Part shown: piece by piece, positions 1 through 11,495 of the stretch
Layout of the letters: the number at the start of each line of letters is the position of its first letter
Position numbering within the stretch: position 1 is the first letter of the stretch
NCBI RefSeq assembly: GCF_013167455.1
Contig: NZ_CP038328.1
Direction: 5' to 3' (one strand)
From: Escherichia coli O157:H7
GTDB lineage: Bacteria; Pseudomonadota; Gammaproteobacteria; Enterobacterales; Enterobacteriaceae
Length of the DNA stretch: 64,000 nucleotides
Position numbers and translations under genes: made by a program
The notes under the pieces: model-generated
Seen by the model: the letters and a program-made list of their open reading frames with translations, nothing else
Told to the model about the DNA's origin: nothing
The model's database searches: none

Positions 1-313
1 GTGTCGAACTTATCGATTCAATGTTAGTAATAAGACTTACAAGTTGAGCCACAACTTTTGAGTAGTCTGCATCTGTATATTTGGTGTTCGTGCGGCACGC
101 ATAAATTTGTGGGAGGTGTTGCCGCGCTAAATCATATTGTTCAGGGTTGTATCCTTCTCCAGAGAATGTGGAATTAATGGGTTGTTGTTCTTCCCGATTA
201 TCACAAGGCCACATCGGTGTGTCTGGTGTTTTAACATTGTCGGTATCTGTTGTGCGGTTATAAATATCGCCGTGATATGTATTTATCATACCTGGGGTAA
301 AGTCAATTGACAT
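1..313 (-). CDS. Hypothetical protein, N-terminal fragment running off the window edge (possibly yhiS-like)
   Basis: Minus-strand ATG at 311-313 opens a frame with no stop before position 1 ([16 protein letters not shown]...). It is absent from the ORF track, which appears to list only complete ORFs. Position downstream of arsC matches where yhiS sits in K-12 from memory. Confidence 0.4.
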   Translation of the reverse strand, partial: MSIDFTPGMINTYHGDIYNRTTDTDNVKTPDTPMWPCDNREEQQPINSTFSGEGYNPEQYDLARQHLPQIYACRTNTKYTDADYSKVVAQLVSLITNIESISST

Positions 314-790
314 AACATTCCTTATTCATTATCTGTTTTATGCTAAGATTTTTAAATTGGATAATTAAAGCAGGAATGGATTTTCTTCTACGCACAATAA
401 ATATCATGCGTCATATCTTCCTGATATAATTACCTTTGACTTCCCTTTTATCTCCACCCGGTAATATTCGTGTATAAAAAAGGGCATTGATAGTATCGTA
501 AAGGAAAACGTTAACAACTATCAAAAAGCGCTCATTTTAAAAAGTTATGATGTTCTCCGATAGTGTGTGAAATGATATTTTTGTGATGTTTTAGATGTGT
601 AATAATAAAATGGGTTAAGGTATCTTATAATTATTGAATAATTTGTTGTGTAAAGCACTGATAAATCATAATCCAGTACGTTTTTAAACTGCTGCACTGT
701 ATCGCTGATCACTAAGCAGCTCACTGATACATCATGCTGGACGCGATAATTGGAATCTCACGCAGGGAGTAATGTGTAAATAGCAAAATC

Positions 791-890
791 GCCTGATGCG
801 CTACGCCTGTCAGGCCTACAAATAACATACAATTTATTGAATTTTCATGACTTTGTAGATCGGATAAGACGCGTTAGCGTCGCATCCGAC
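791..890. repeat. Pair of REP-like palindromic units in inverted orientation (BIME-like) downstream of arsC
   Basis: gcctgatgcgctacgcctgtcaggcctac at 791-819 and gtagatcggataagacgcgttagcgtcgcatccgac at 855-890 resemble the E. coli REP consensus. Confidence 0.6.
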
Positions 891-939
891 ATAAATAAAG
901 CGCACTTTTCTAACAACCTGTGGGGGGGATATAGCCGCT

Positions 940-1365
940 TTATTTCAGGCGCTTACCCGCTTCATCAACCACTTTCTCGCCATCTTCCTTGGTGAATGCG
1001 CCTTTTTGCGCATCTGGCAGAATTTCCAGCACCACTTCTGAAGGGCGGCACAGGCGAGTTCCCAGCGTCGTCACCACAATCGGGCGATTAATCAGAATCG
1101 GGTGCTGAAGCATAAAGTCGATTAACCGATCGTCAGTAAATTTATCTTCCGCAAGGCCCAGCTCCTCATACGGTTCGACGTTTTTACGCAGCAGCGCGCG
1201 TACGGAAATCCCCATATCGGCAATGAGTTTGACCAGTTCATCGCGCGTTGGCGGAGTTTCCAGATAATGGATAATGGTCGGTTCTGTGCCGCTGTTGCGG
1301 ATCATCTCCAGCGTATTACGCGACGTGCCGCAGGCCGGGTTGTGATAAATGGTAATGTTGCTCAT
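940..1365 (-). CDS. arsC: Arsenate reductase, glutaredoxin-dependent
   Basis: 141 aa ORF; N-terminal MSNITIYHNPACGTSRNTLEMIR with the catalytic Cys; same length as K-12 ArsC. Confidence 0.95.
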   Translation of the reverse strand: MSNITIYHNPACGTSRNTLEMIRNSGTEPTIIHYLETPPTRDELVKLIADMGISVRALLRKNVEPYEELGLAEDKFTDDRLIDFMLQHPILINRPIVVTTLGTRLCRPSEVVLEILPDAQKGAFTKEDGEKVVDEAGKRLK

Positions 1366-1377
1366 ATCAGTATCTCA

Positions 1378-2667
1378 TTACAAAGTGAAAGAGAGACGTA
1401 GCGCCAGCGCAGCCAGCGTCACAAACAGCACAGGCAGGGTCATGATAATCCCTGTACGGAAGTAATATCCCCAGCTGATAGTCATATTCTTCTGCGAAAG
1501 TACGTGCAGCCAGAGCAGCGTTGCCAGGCTACCAATCGGGGTGATTTTCGGCCCCAAATCGCAGCCAATCACGTTGGCATAAACCATCGCTTCTTTGATA
1601 ACGCCAGATGCCGTGCTGCCATCAATGGACAACGCGCCAACCAGTACCGTCGGCATATTGTTCATAATAGAAGAGAGGAAGGCGGTGAGGAATCCGGTGC
1701 CGAGCGTCGCGGCCCACAGGCCGTTATCCGCCAGCACGTTGAGTACGCCAGAAAGATATTCCGTTAATCCGGCATTGCGCAGGCCATAAACCACCAGATA
1801 CATGCCGAGCGAGAAGATGACAATCTGCCAGGGCGCACCGCGCAGCACTTTACCCGTATTAATCGCATGACCGCGTTTAGCGACGACAAATAATATCAAC
1901 GCGCCCACTGCCGCAATGGCGCTGACCGGAATGCCGAGCGGTTCCAGGACGAAAAATCCCACCAGCAGAAGCAGTAAAACAACCCAGCCAGTTTTGAACG
2001 TAGCAGGATCTTTAATCGCTTCTGCGGGAGATTTCAGCAGCGCCATGTCGTAGTTCTGCGGAATATCTTTGCGGAAATAGAGATGCAACATCACCAGCGT
2101 GGCAACAATCGCGGCGATATCCACCGGCACCATCACCGAGGCATATTCGCGAAAGCCGAGGCCAAAGAAATCTGCGGAAACGATATTCACCAGGTTGGAG
2201 ACAATAAGCGGCAGGCTGGCGGTATCGGCAATGAATCCGGCCGCCATCACAAACGCCAGCGTAGTGCCTTTACTGAACCCTAAAGCCAGCAGCATGGCGA
2301 TGACAATCGGTGTCAAAATAAGCGCCGCGCCATCATTGGCAAACAGGGCGGCAACGGCAGCACCGAGCAGGACAATCCAGGTAAACAGCAAGCGACCGCG
2401 TCCATTGCCCCAGCGTGAAACGTGCAGTGCCGCCCATTCAAAAAAGCCGGACTCATCCAGCAGCAGGCTGATGATAATAACGGCAATAAACGCAGCCGTC
2501 GCGTTCCAGACGATATTCCACACCACCGGAATATCGCCCGGATGTACTACGCCCGTAACTAACGCCAGTACTGCGCCGAGCGTTGCACTCCAGCCGATGC
2601 CTAAACCTTTCGGCTGCCAGATAACCAATACAATGGTCAGGACAAAGATAGCGCCTGCCAGTAACAT
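1378..2667 (-). CDS. arsB: Arsenite/antimonite efflux permease
   Basis: 429 aa polytopic membrane protein directly upstream of arsC; ArsB family. Confidence 0.95.
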
Positions 2668-2720
2668 AATGCCTCCCGGAAAAACACATGTGCAAATCCA
2701 TATGTGTTTAGATAAATTTT

Positions 2721-3074
2721 TTAACTACAAGTGTTCTTACTGTCTACGGAACAATTTTGTCTGGCCAGGTTGCGGACAATCACCTGAACCTTTTCCTGTT
2801 CGCATCGCCAGGCCTGCTCAATAATTTTCGCGGCCCATGATGGAATATGCGGTGATAAGCGGTAATGAACCCACTTACCCTGCTTGCGATCCAGCAACAA
2901 ACCGCTTTCACGAAGAAGCGCCAGATGGCGGGAGATCTTGGGCTGCGACTGGTCGAGAGCAGTGCAGAGATCACAGACGCATAACTCTCCCAGCTCGCTG
3001 AGCAGTAAAACGATGCCCAGACGGGTTTCATCGGCAAGAATTTTGAACAGTTGGATGGGTAACAGAAATGACAT
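2721..3074 (-). CDS. arsR: Arsenical-resistance operon repressor, ArsR/SmtB family
   Basis: 117 aa; metal-binding ELCVCDLC motif inside a winged HTH; first gene of arsRBC. Confidence 0.95.
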
Positions 3075-3225
3075 ATTGCGCTCCTGATTGTTGCAGGTAG
3101 TGTCTCTCTTCGAAGCGGATAAGTCAAAAACATATATGGTTTAACGAATGTGTATGTGCAGAGGAAGGTAATAGGTGTGAATTAAGCGTTGGCTATTCAT
3201 TTGAAAGGAGGTCTGAATCAGGACG

Positions 3226-3312
3226 TAAAAAAACCGACTTTGCGTCGGTTTTTTACTTTCCAGCCCAGAGTTGGTGGCTCTGGCTGGAGTGAGAATGCCC
3301 ACATCTAACGGT
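3226..3312 (-). ncRNA. agrA/agrB-like antisense sRNA, copy nearer arsR (boundaries approximate)
   Basis: About 110 bp unit repeated at 3219-3330 and 3457-3570. Minus-strand promoter TTGCAA-17 nt-TAGTAT at about 3320-3350. Ends in hairpin aaaaaaaccgac-tttgc-gtcggttttttt at 3226-3254, which gives a U-run on the minus-strand transcript. Sequence ggctggagtgagaatgcc is near-identical to a segment of the dinQ leader. Confidence 0.6.
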
Positions 3313-3463
3313 TCAATACTATTAGCCAGTGGCTAACATTGCAAGCGTTAGCGATTTCTTCAGCTGGAGAAGGGACAGTTTGCTATACATGTTGGTGAAA
3401 GAGGATTTATATACTTTCATCGGGTCGCTGCCGTACCAGGCTTTGTCCGAATCCGGATGTAAA

Positions 3464-3543
3464 AAAACCGACTTCGCGTCGGTTTTTTTACTCTTCAGCC
3501 CTGAGTTGGTGGCTCTGGCTGGAGTGAGAATGCCATCATCTAA
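3464..3543 (-). ncRNA. agrA/agrB-like antisense sRNA, copy nearer dinQ (boundaries approximate)
   Basis: Second copy of the same unit. Minus-strand TTGCAA-17 nt-TAGTAT promoter at about 3551-3579. Terminator hairpin with A/T runs at 3464-3497. Confidence 0.6.
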
Positions 3544-3608
3544 CGCATCAATACTAATACCATACTGAAACTATTGCAAGGACATGCTGGTTTTATAACC
3601 TGAATATA

Positions 3609-3624
3609 CTGTATGATTATCCAG
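3609..3624 (+). promoter_or_regulatory. LexA (SOS) box overlapping a -10-like TATACT, upstream of dinQ
   Basis: ctgtatgattatccag fits CTGT-N8-ACAG with one mismatch; TATACT at 3604-3609. Confidence 0.7.
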
Positions 3625-3817
3625 TTAGCTCTGAGGCATTTTCACTCTGGCAATGCGCATAAACGCTTTCAAAGTCCTGTTCAGTGGTACGGGTGGTGCC
3701 GTTAACTGATGCTCTGGCCGGAGTGAGAATACCATTATCTAACAATAGGGCATGCGCCGTGACAGGCGATGGATGAGTAAGCGGATGCATTCTCACTCCA
3801 TCGTATGGAGAACACGG

Positions 3818-3901
3818 GTGATTGATAAAGCAATCATCGTTCTTGGGGCGTTAATTGCGCTGCTGGAACTGATCCGCTTTCTGCTTCAGCTTCTGAACTG
3901 A
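3818..3901 (+). CDS. dinQ: Type I toxin DinQ, 27-aa hydrophobic inner-membrane peptide
   Basis: GTG start with GGAG Shine-Dalgarno 7 nt upstream; translation VIDKAIIVLGALIALLELIRFLLQLLN, stop TGA at 3899-3901. Below the 60-aa cutoff of the ORF track. Matches the DinQ peptide as I recall it. Confidence 0.75.
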   Translation: MIDKAIIVLGALIALLELIRFLLQLLN

Positions 3902-3917
3902 TAGCGGAAACGTAATT

Positions 3918-3949
3918 AAGGGCAAAGAGCACACCACTCTTTGCCCTTT
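3918..3949 (-). terminator. Hairpin immediately downstream of gor (possible gor terminator)
   Basis: Perfect 12-bp stem aagggcaaagag / ctctttgccctt with a 7-nt loop, 6 bp past the gor stop. No strong U-run on the minus strand. Confidence 0.5.
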
Positions 3950-3954
3950 AACAT

Positions 3955-5307
3955 TTAACGCATGGTCACGAACTCTTCTGCCGCCGTTGGGTGAATGGCG
4001 ACGGTATTATCGAAGTCTTTTTTGGTTGCGCCCATCTTCAGTGCCACCGCGAAGCCCTGCAACATTTCGTCCATACCAAAACCAATGCCGTGAATACCGA
4101 CAATCTTCTCTTCTGGCCCAACGCACACCAGCTTCATGCGGCACGGCTGGCGGTGAGTGGTGACGGCGGTATACATCGCGGTGAAAGAGGATTTATACAC
4201 TTTCACCTGATCGTCGCCGTACTGCTCGCGCGCCTGCGGTTCCGTTAAACCAACAGTACCAATCGGCGGATGGCTGAAGACCACGGTCGGAATGTTGCTG
4301 TAATCCAGATGCTCATCCGGCTTGTTATTAAACAGGCGTTCAGAGAGACGGCGACCCGCTGCAACTGCCACCGGTGTCAGTTCTACTGCACCCGTGTTAT
4401 CGCCCACCGCGTAAATACCTTCAACGTTGGTGTTTTGATATTTATCGACGACGATATAGCCTTTTTCGTTGGTTTTAACGCCAGCGGCTTCGAGGTTGAT
4501 GTTGTCATTGGCAGGCTCGCGGCCAATCGCCCAAATCAGGCAATCCACCGTTTCACTGCGACCATCTTCCAGCTCCAGCGTCAGGCTACCATCGGCATTT
4601 TTCACTACCGCTTTCGGGATGGCGTTGGTGTGCAACTGCGGGCCTTCGGCGTTCATCACTTCGACCAGCGTTTCAGAGATCATCGGGTCGAAGCTGCGCA
4701 GCGGCGCATGTTTACGCACAAACAGATGCGTTTTCGCGCCGAGGCCGTTAATCACGCCAGCCAGCTCAACGGCGATGTAACCCGCGCCAACAACCGCCAC
4801 ACGCTCTGGCAAAGCAGGAAGGGCAAAGAAACCATCAGAATCAATACCGTATTCCACGCCCGGAATATCCGGGTGGCTCGGACGACCGCCGGTGGCGATC
4901 AGAATATGATCGGCTGTGATGGTTTCACCGTTAACTTCCAGCGTTTTGGCATCAACGAAGCGGGCAAAGCCTTTGATTACATCAACGTTATTTTTACCGA
5001 GCACGTTTTCATAGGAAGTATGAATACGGTCGATATAGGCGGTACGGCTGGCGATCAACGTTTCCCAGTTGAATTTATTGATAGTGGTATCAAAACCATA
5101 ATCCGGGCCGTACATATGGATCGCTTCACGGATTTGCGCCGCGTGCCACATCACTTTCTTCGGTACGCAGCCGACGTTCACGCAGGTGCCGCCCAGCTCT
5201 TTGGCTTCAATCAGCGCGCATTTCTGACCGTACATAGCCGCGCGGTTGATGGAGGCGATACCGCCGCTGCCGCCGCCGATGGCGATGTAATCATAGTGTT
5301 TAGTCAT
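3955..5307 (-). CDS. gor: Glutathione reductase (NADPH)
   Basis: 450 aa; FAD motif GGGSGG, redox-active [10 protein letters not shown] disulfide; pyridine-nucleotide disulfide oxidoreductase family. Confidence 0.95.
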   Translation of the reverse strand: MTKHYDYIAIGGGSGGIASINRAAMYGQKCALIEAKELGGTCVNVGCVPKKVMWHAAQIREAIHMYGPDYGFDTTINKFNWETLIASRTAYIDRIHTSYENVLGKNNVDVIKGFARFVDAKTLEVNGETITADHILIATGGRPSHPDIPGVEYGIDSDGFFALPALPERVAVVGAGYIAVELAGVINGLGAKTHLFVRKHAPLRSFDPMISETLVEVMNAEGPQLHTNAIPKAVVKNADGSLTLELEDGRSETVDCLIWAIGREPANDNINLEAAGVKTNEKGYIVVDKYQNTNVEGIYAVGDNTGAVELTPVAVAAGRRLSERLFNNKPDEHLDYSNIPTVVFSHPPIGTVGLTEPQAREQYGDDQVKVYKSSFTAMYTAVTTHRQPCRMKLVCVGPEEKIVGIHGIGFGMDEMLQGFAVALKMGATKKDFDNTVAIHPTAAEEFVTMR

Positions 5308-5378
5308 GACAGAGTGTCCTTATCGTTGATTACCGCGATTGTAGCGCGAGACGTAATAGGTGCCAGCAATGGCTGCAA

Positions 5379-6221
5379 TTACTCTGGCACGATCCAGCTT
5401 ACGGTGGCGTGCCCGGTGCCAGCTGGAACCAGTTTGCTGTGCAGCCACGGCAGCACGTTATTCATCTGCTGTTCCAGTTTCCACGGCGGGTTAATCACAA
5501 TCATGCCGGAAGCGGTCATGCCACGGCGATCGCTGTCTGGCAGTACCGCCAGTTCAATTTGCAGAATTTTGCGAATGCCGGTCGCTTCCAGGTCGTGGAT
5601 CATGCGCTTAATTTGCTGGCGCAGCACCACCGGATACCACAATGCGTAAGTGCCAGTGGCGAAACGTTTGTAACCTTCTGCTATCCCGCTGACTACCGCC
5701 TGATAGTCGGTTTTCATTTCATACGGCGGATCGATAAGGATTAAACCACGGCGAGAAACCGGCGGCAGTTTGGCCTTAAGCTGCTGGAAACCGTCGGATT
5801 TTTCGACGCGCGCACGGCTGTCTTTCTGAAATTCAGAACGCAGCAACGGGTAATCGCTCGGGTGCAGTTCGGTCAGTTGCAGGCTGTCCTGTTCACGCAG
5901 TAACTGACGGGCAATCAACGGTGAACCGGGGTAGTAACGCAACTGACCGCTACGGTTGAAGTGTTTTACCACATTGATGTACGGCTCCAGCTCCGCAGGC
6001 AAATCGTCCTGCTGCCAGATACGGGCGATACCTTCGAGATATTCGCCGGTACGCTCGGCATGTTCGCTGCCTAACTGATAACGCCCGGCCCCTGCGTGGG
6101 TGTCGAGATAGAGAAACGGTTTATCTTTCTCTTTCAGCGACTCGATGATCAGGCTCTGAACGGTATGTTTAAGGACGTCGGCGTGGTTGCCAGCGTGAAA
6201 GCTGTGGCGATAACTGAGCAT
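5379..6221 (-). CDS. rlmJ: 23S rRNA m6A2030 methyltransferase
   Basis: ORF-track frame 5379..6272; start placed at the internal Met giving 280 aa (MLSYRHSFHAGNHADVLKH...), matching RlmJ/YhiR. Confidence 0.85.
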   Translation of the reverse strand: MLSYRHSFHAGNHADVLKHTVQSLIIESLKEKDKPFLYLDTHAGAGRYQLGSEHAERTGEYLEGIARIWQQDDLPAELEPYINVVKHFNRSGQLRYYPGSPLIARQLLREQDSLQLTELHPSDYPLLRSEFQKDSRARVEKSDGFQQLKAKLPPVSRRGLILIDPPYEMKTDYQAVVSGIAEGYKRFATGTYALWYPVVLRQQIKRMIHDLEATGIRKILQIELAVLPDSDRRGMTASGMIVINPPWKLEQQMNNVLPWLHSKLVPAGTGHATVSWIVPE

Positions 6222-6423
6222 GGGTAAAGGTGTTCCGGTAAGTAAAAATCGGCCCGTATTCGGGGCGCACAAAAGCCTATCAGGACAGTATACCGAAAAG
6301 AGGCCGCCGCCGCGAAAGCGTAACGTTTCTCATTGAAATTCACTACACTTAACCCCATGCTACAAACATTATGTAAAGCGCCTGTTGAGCGCTTCCTTAA
6401 CCTCTTTAACCAGGACTGCGCTA

Positions 6424-8466
6424 ATGACGAATCCGTTACTGACTCCCTTTGAATTGCCTCCGTTTTCTAAAATTCTCCCGGAACATGTCGTTCCAGCCGT
6501 GACTAAGGCATTGAATGACTGCCGCGAAAATGTGGAGCGCGTAGTAGCGCAAGGAGCACCGTACACCTGGGAAAATCTCTGCCAGCCGTTGGCGGAAGTG
6601 GACGATGTGTTGGGGCGTATTTTCTCCCCGGTCAGCCACCTGAACTCGGTGAAAAATAGCCCGGAATTGCGCGAAGCGTACGAACAAACTCTGCCGCTGC
6701 TGTCGGAATACAGCACCTGGGTAGGGCAACATGAAGGGCTGTATAAAGCGTACCGCGACCTGCGCGATGGCGATCATTACGCCACGCTGAACACGGCTCA
6801 GAAAAAAGCGGTTGATAACGCACTGCGCGATTTTGAACTCTCAGGCATCGGTCTGCCGAAAGAGAAACAACAGCGTTACGGCGAAATTGCCACTCGTCTT
6901 TCTGAACTGGGCAACCAGTACAGCAACAACGTCCTTGATGCGACGATGGGCTGGACTAAACTCGTTACCGACGAAGCGGAACTGGCGGGGATGCCAGAAA
7001 GCGCGCTGGCTGCGGCAAAAGCCCAGGCCGAAGCGAAAGAGCTGGAAGGCTACCTGTTGACGCTGGATATCCCAAGCTACTTGCCGGTAATGACCTACTG
7101 CGACAACCAGGTCTTGCGTGAAGAGATGTATCGTGCTTACAGCACCCGCGCTTCAGATCAAGGTCCAAACGCCGGTAAATGGGATAACAGTAAGGTGATG
7201 GAAGAGATCCTCGCGCTGCGTCACGAACTGGCGCAACTGCTGGGCTTTGAAAACTACGCGTTTAAATCACTGGCTACCAAAATGGCGGAAAACCCGCAGC
7301 AGGTGCTTGATTTCTTAACCGATCTGGCAAAACGCGCGCGTCCGCAGGGCGAAAAAGAGCTGGCGCAACTGCGTGCCTTCGCCAAAGCCGAATTTGGCGT
7401 GGATGAGTTGCAACCGTGGGATATCGCATACTACAGCGAAAAACAAAAACAGCACCTCTACAGCATCAGCGACGAACAACTGCGTCCGTACTTCCCGGAA
7501 AACAAAGCGGTTAACGGCTTGTTTGAAGTGGTAAAACGTATTTACGGCATCACCGCTAAAGAGCGTAAAGATGTTGATGTCTGGCACCCGGATGTACGTT
7601 TCTTCGAACTGTATGACGAGAACAACGAACTGCGCGGCAGTTTCTACCTCGACCTGTATGCCCGTGAAAACAAGCGCGGCGGGGCGTGGATGGATGACTG
7701 CGTAGGCCAGATGCGTAAAGCCGATGGTTCGCTGCAAAAACCGGTCGCGTATCTGACCTGTAACTTCAACCGCCCGGTGAATGGTAAACCGGCGCTGTTC
7801 ACTCACGACGAAGTGATCACTCTGTTCCACGAGTTCGGTCACGGCCTGCACCATATGCTGACCCGCATCGAAACCGCCGGTGTTTCCGGTATCAGCGGTG
7901 TGCCGTGGGATGCGGTCGAACTGCCGAGTCAGTTTATGGAAAACTGGTGCTGGGAGCCGGAGGCGCTGGCGTTTATCTCTGGTCACTACGAAACCGGCGA
8001 ACCGCTGCCGAAAGAGTTGCTGGATAAAATGCTGGCGGCGAAGAACTACCAGGCGGCGCTGTTTATTCTGCGCCAGCTGGAGTTCGGCCTGTTCGATTTC
8101 CGCCTCCATGCCGAGTTCCGCCCGGATCAGGGAGCGAAAATCCTCGAAACTCTGGCAGAAATCAAGAAACTGGTTGCCGTAGTACCGTCTCCATCCTGGG
8201 GCCGTTTCCCGCACGCTTTCAGCCATATTTTCGCCGGTGGTTATGCCGCAGGTTACTACAGCTACCTGTGGGCTGACGTACTGGCGGCAGATGCTTTCTC
8301 GCGCTTTGAGGAAGAGGGCATTTTCAACCGTGAAACCGGGCAGTCGTTCCTCGACAACATTCTGAGCCGTGGCGGTTCAGAAGAGCCGATGGATCTGTTC
8401 AAACGCTTCCGTGGTCGTGAACCGCAGCTGGATGCGATGCTGGAGCATTACGGCATTAAGGGCTGA
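6424..8466 (+). CDS. prlC: Oligopeptidase A (M3 zinc metallopeptidase)
   Basis: ORF frame 6385..8466; start at in-frame ATG 6424 ([16 protein letters not shown]...); HEFGH zinc motif present. Confidence 0.95.
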   Translation: MTNPLLTPFELPPFSKILPEHVVPAVTKALNDCRENVERVVAQGAPYTWENLCQPLAEVDDVLGRIFSPVSHLNSVKNSPELREAYEQTLPLLSEYSTWVGQHEGLYKAYRDLRDGDHYATLNTAQKKAVDNALRDFELSGIGLPKEKQQRYGEIATRLSELGNQYSNNVLDATMGWTKLVTDEAELAGMPESALAAAKAQAEAKELEGYLLTLDIPSYLPVMTYCDNQVLREEMYRAYSTRASDQGPNAGKWDNSKVMEEILALRHELAQLLGFENYAFKSLATKMAENPQQVLDFLTDLAKRARPQGEKELAQLRAFAKAEFGVDELQPWDIAYYSEKQKQHLYSISDEQLRPYFPENKAVNGLFEVVKRIYGITAKERKDVDVWHPDVRFFELYDENNELRGSFYLDLYARENKRGGAWMDDCVGQMRKADGSLQKPVAYLTCNFNRPVNGKPALFTHDEVITLFHEFGHGLHHMLTRIETAGVSGISGVPWDAVELPSQFMENWCWEPEALAFISGHYETGEPLPKELLDKMLAAKNYQAALFILRQLEFGLFDFRLHAEFRPDQGAKILETLAEIKKLVAVVPSPSWGRFPHAFSHIFAGGYAAGYYSYLWADVLAADAFSRFEEEGIFNRETGQSFLDNILSRGGSEEPMDLFKRFRGREPQLDAMLEHYGIKG

Positions 8467-8473
8467 TCATTCA

Positions 8474-9226
8474 GTGAAAATCTGCTTAATTGATGAAACA
8501 GGCACCGGAGACGGTGCCTTATCTGTTCTGGCGGCCCGCTGGGGGCTGGAGCACGATGAAGACAACCTGATGGCGCTGGTGTTAACGCCGGAACATCTGG
8601 AATTGCGCAAGCGTGATGAGCCAAAACTTGGCGGCATCTTTGTTGATTTTGTTGGCGGAGCGATGGCGCACCGACGCAAATTCGGCGGTGGTCGCGGTGA
8701 GGCGGTGGCGAAAGCGGTGGGCATTAAAGGCGATTATTTGCCGGATGTGGTGGACGCTACCGCAGGGCTGGGGCGCGATGCCTTTGTGCTGGCTTCGGTC
8801 GGCTGCCGCGTGCGGATGCTGGAGCGTAATCCAGTCGTTGCCGCGCTACTCGACGACGGCCTGGCGCGTGGATATGCGGATGCGGAAATCGGCGGCTGGT
8901 TGCAGGAGCGTTTGCAGTTAATTCACGCCTCCAGCCTGACGGCGCTGACCGATATTACCCCGCGTCCGCAGGTGGTCTATCTCGACCCGATGTTCCCGCA
9001 TAAGCAGAAAAGCGCGCTGGTGAAAAAAGAGATGCGCGTCTTTCAGTCGCTGGTGGGACCGGATCTTGATGCCGATGGATTACTGGAGCCTGCACGCTTG
9101 CTGGCGACCAAACGCGTGGTGGTAAAGCGCCCGGACTACGCGCCACCGCTAGCGAATGTCGCCACGCCAAACGCGGTTGTGACTAAAGGGCATCGCTTTG
9201 ATATCTATGCAGGTACGCCAGTGTAA
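8474..9226 (+). CDS. rsmJ: 16S rRNA m2G1516 methyltransferase
   Basis: Frame of ORF 8369..9226, but the first 105 nt overlap the prlC 3' end. In-frame GTG at 8474 gives 250 aa ([14 protein letters not shown]...), matching RsmJ/YhiQ. Confidence 0.85.
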   Translation: MKICLIDETGTGDGALSVLAARWGLEHDEDNLMALVLTPEHLELRKRDEPKLGGIFVDFVGGAMAHRRKFGGGRGEAVAKAVGIKGDYLPDVVDATAGLGRDAFVLASVGCRVRMLERNPVVAALLDDGLARGYADAEIGGWLQERLQLIHASSLTALTDITPRPQVVYLDPMFPHKQKSALVKKEMRVFQSLVGPDLDADGLLEPARLLATKRVVVKRPDYAPPLANVATPNAVVTKGHRFDIYAGTPV

Positions 9227-9230
9227 AAGT

Positions 9231-9263
9231 AAAGCAGGGTAGCGATAACGCTACCCTGCTTTC
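9231..9263. terminator. Bidirectional rho-independent terminator between convergent rsmJ and dtpB
   Basis: aaagcagggtagcg-ataa-cgctaccctgcttt: perfect 14-bp stem with flanking A and T runs. Confidence 0.8.
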
Positions 9264-9274
9264 TGCAAGAATAA

Positions 9275-10744
9275 TTAATGGCTTTCCGGCGTCGCAATCA
9301 TGCGTTTCAGCCACGGCACCATCAACAGCATCACTACTGCAACGCCCAGCGTGACCAGACCAATCTTACCAAACACGTTGGTATAGACAGGCAACGTCTC
9401 AAGCGGATCGGTAATGTTGTCTGGTACTGCGGTAAATGTTGCCACATAGCCGCCCAGCAAGAACGCGGCAGCCTGTGTCAGGAACCACATCCCGAGAATA
9501 AAGCCCATCAAATGCTGCGGCACCAGAGCAGCAATCATCGCCAGGCCAAGGGCGCTAATAAACAGTTCACCTAAGCTCTGGAATAAGTACACCAGCACGA
9601 TAAACCATGGCGATGTCAGCCCTTGTGCATCCGCAAACCACATTCCCGCAGCTGCCGCCGTCAAAAAGCCCAGTGAGCACATAAACATGCCGAGAGTAAA
9701 TTTCATCGGCATCGAGAGGTCTTTGCCTTTGTTACCCAGATGCGTGTAAATGCCTGCCAGTATTGGGCTGGCGAGTACCACCCAGAACGGGTTAAGCGCC
9801 TGGAAGCTGACCGGGTTGATGGAAAAACCGAGAATTTCATGATGCACGTTGTTGATGGCAAAGAAGTTCAGCGATGTTGGCATCTGGGCGTAGAGAATGT
9901 AAAACACCACCGCTTCGAGCATCAGGACAAAGGCGACAAACATTTTATTGCGCCCGGTTTTATCCAGCTTGAATGCCTGACGAAAGAAGATGATGGTGAC
10001 GACGATGGAGAGAACAATCAGCACCAGATTGGCGACTTCTACGTTGTGCATCAGCCAGGCGCAGACGAAGATCATCACCACGCTGCCAAGTAATACGTAC
10101 AACAGTTTGCTGAAGCTCATTGGCCGGAAGTCGGGCTCAGAACCAATGTCTTTCACCATTCCACGACAGGCGATGTAAACCAGTAATGCGATAATTAACC
10201 CCGCACCGCACAGGTTGTAGGTGACTGAATAGCCGAATTTATCAGCGATCACAGGGGCCAGCGATAACGCTATCAACGAGCCGATATTGATCGACATATA
10301 GAACAGGGTGAATGTGCCATCAAGGCGCGGATCTTTCGGCGGATAGCACTTCGAAAGCAAGCTGGCTGGGTTAGCTTTAAACAGGCCGTTACCGACAGCG
10401 ATAGTCCCCAGGGCGATGAAAATCAGGTCAGGCTTAAGTAGCGACATGCCGGTCATGAAGTAGCCAATCGCCAGCACAAGTGCTCCAAGAACGATGGTGC
10501 GTTTGGTCCCCAGCAGGTGGTCGCCGACATAGCCGCCAATGGAAATGAGGCCATAGACCAGTGCAGCAAAAGCACCAAAAGTGACAAAAGCCTGCTCTTG
10601 CGAGAATCCAAGCTGTTTAACGAAGAAAACCGCCAGTACGCCCTGCACGCCGTAGTAGCCGAATCGCTCCCATAACTCGACAAAAAAGATCATGAAAAAT
10701 GGGCGAGGTTGCTGCAGCATCCCCATGGGTGTTGTTGTATTCAT
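9275..10744 (-). CDS. dtpB: Proton-dependent di/tripeptide permease (POT/PTR2 family)
   Basis: 489 aa, about 14 TM segments, MFS/POT signature; same length as DtpB/YhiP. Confidence 0.9.
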   Translation of the reverse strand: MNTTTPMGMLQQPRPFFMIFFVELWERFGYYGVQGVLAVFFVKQLGFSQEQAFVTFGAFAALVYGLISIGGYVGDHLLGTKRTIVLGALVLAIGYFMTGMSLLKPDLIFIALGTIAVGNGLFKANPASLLSKCYPPKDPRLDGTFTLFYMSINIGSLIALSLAPVIADKFGYSVTYNLCGAGLIIALLVYIACRGMVKDIGSEPDFRPMSFSKLLYVLLGSVVMIFVCAWLMHNVEVANLVLIVLSIVVTIIFFRQAFKLDKTGRNKMFVAFVLMLEAVVFYILYAQMPTSLNFFAINNVHHEILGFSINPVSFQALNPFWVVLASPILAGIYTHLGNKGKDLSMPMKFTLGMFMCSLGFLTAAAAGMWFADAQGLTSPWFIVLVYLFQSLGELFISALGLAMIAALVPQHLMGFILGMWFLTQAAAFLLGGYVATFTAVPDNITDPLETLPVYTNVFGKIGLVTLGVAVVMLLMVPWLKRMIATPESH

Positions 10745-10952
10745 ATTTATTAACCTTCCAATACCATCCTGAAAAGTATGAACGCGTAAGGGATAACGCG
10801 CGAAAAAGTTTACATCTGTCAGAGATTCTTAATATTGATGCGGTGAATAGATTAATACACTATTGCAACAGAAAATAACCAGCTGATCACACTAATGATG
10901 GAAAATATGATGGTGTTAAATATTGTATTGGCTGGGGATTTTGATTGCGAAC

Positions 10953-10992
10953 GCAGACCGTAGGCCAGATAAGGCGTTTACGCTGATCAGGT
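10953..10992. repeat. REP-like element
   Basis: gcagaccgtaggccagataaggcgtttacgctgatcagg resembles the REP consensus. Confidence 0.5.
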
Positions 10993-11012
10993 AACAAGGC
11001 GCGACAAAAAGC

Positions 11013-11038
11013 AAAACGCCCGCATATGCGGGCGTTCA
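11013..11038 (-). terminator. uspA rho-independent terminator
   Basis: Perfect palindrome aacgcccgcatatgcgggcgtt followed on the minus strand by ttttgcttttt, 23 bp past the uspA stop. Confidence 0.85.
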
Positions 11039-11060
11039 GGAACACGTCGTGGAGGGAAGA

Positions 11061-11495
11061 TTATTCTTCTTCGTCGCGCAGCGGAACAATCAGCATATCA
11101 ACGTGAACGGTGTTGATCAGCTGACGTGCGGAAGACATCAGTTTGCTCCAGAAGTCCTGGTGGTGACCACAAACCACTAGATCCATATCGTATTTCTTGA
11201 TTGCATCGACCAGAACCTGGCCCAGGTCGCCGCTGCCGCTCAGGGTTTCAGTGATTGGGTAGCCTGCATTAGTGGAAAGCTCGGTCAGCGCATGATGTGT
11301 CTCTTCAGAGATGCGTTTCTGCATATCACCAAGATTCACATCAATAAGCCCGGTATATAGGTCAGAGTAGTTTACATCTACGTGGATCAGAGAAACTTTC
11401 GCATTGTATGGGCGAGCCATAGAGACTGCTTTCTCTACCAGAACTTTGCTTTCCGGGGAGAGATCGACCGCGATGAGAATGTGTTTATAAGCCAT
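11061..11495 (-). CDS. uspA: Universal stress protein A
   Basis: 144 aa, [24 protein letters not shown]...; Usp domain. Confidence 0.95.

Noticed and set aside
3329-3568. 79-aa plus-strand ORF in the arsR-gor spacer
   Set aside because: It spans the repeated sRNA units and their terminator hairpins; the region is better explained as agrA/agrB-like antisense RNA genes.
3219-3570. Tandem repeats considered as a possible CRISPR array
   Set aside because: Only two full copies, repeat unit about 110 bp with about 240 bp period, no short unique spacers and no cas genes anywhere in the window.
4270-5649. 459-aa plus-strand ORF antisense to gor and rlmJ; similar long antisense ORFs at 7315-8226 (opposite prlC), 23188-23937 (opposite rbbA), 45469-46491 (opposite APE genes) and 63038-63733 (opposite ftsY)
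   Set aside because: Each lies entirely inside a confidently assigned gene on the other strand, has Arg/Ala/Gly-rich low-complexity composition typical of antisense frames in GC-rich coding DNA, and shows no recognisable domain or ribosome-binding site.
8369-8473. N-terminal extensions of ORF-track frames (rsmJ from 8369, yhhJ from 24555, acpT to 38465, yhiM to 16695, yhhT to 54885, dcrB to 56768, yhhL to 61813, rlmJ to 6272)
   Set aside because: The extended regions overlap the upstream gene or lack a ribosome-binding site; internal starts give the lengths I recall for the K-12 proteins and conventional start contexts. The track also appears to translate GTG/TTG starts as M.
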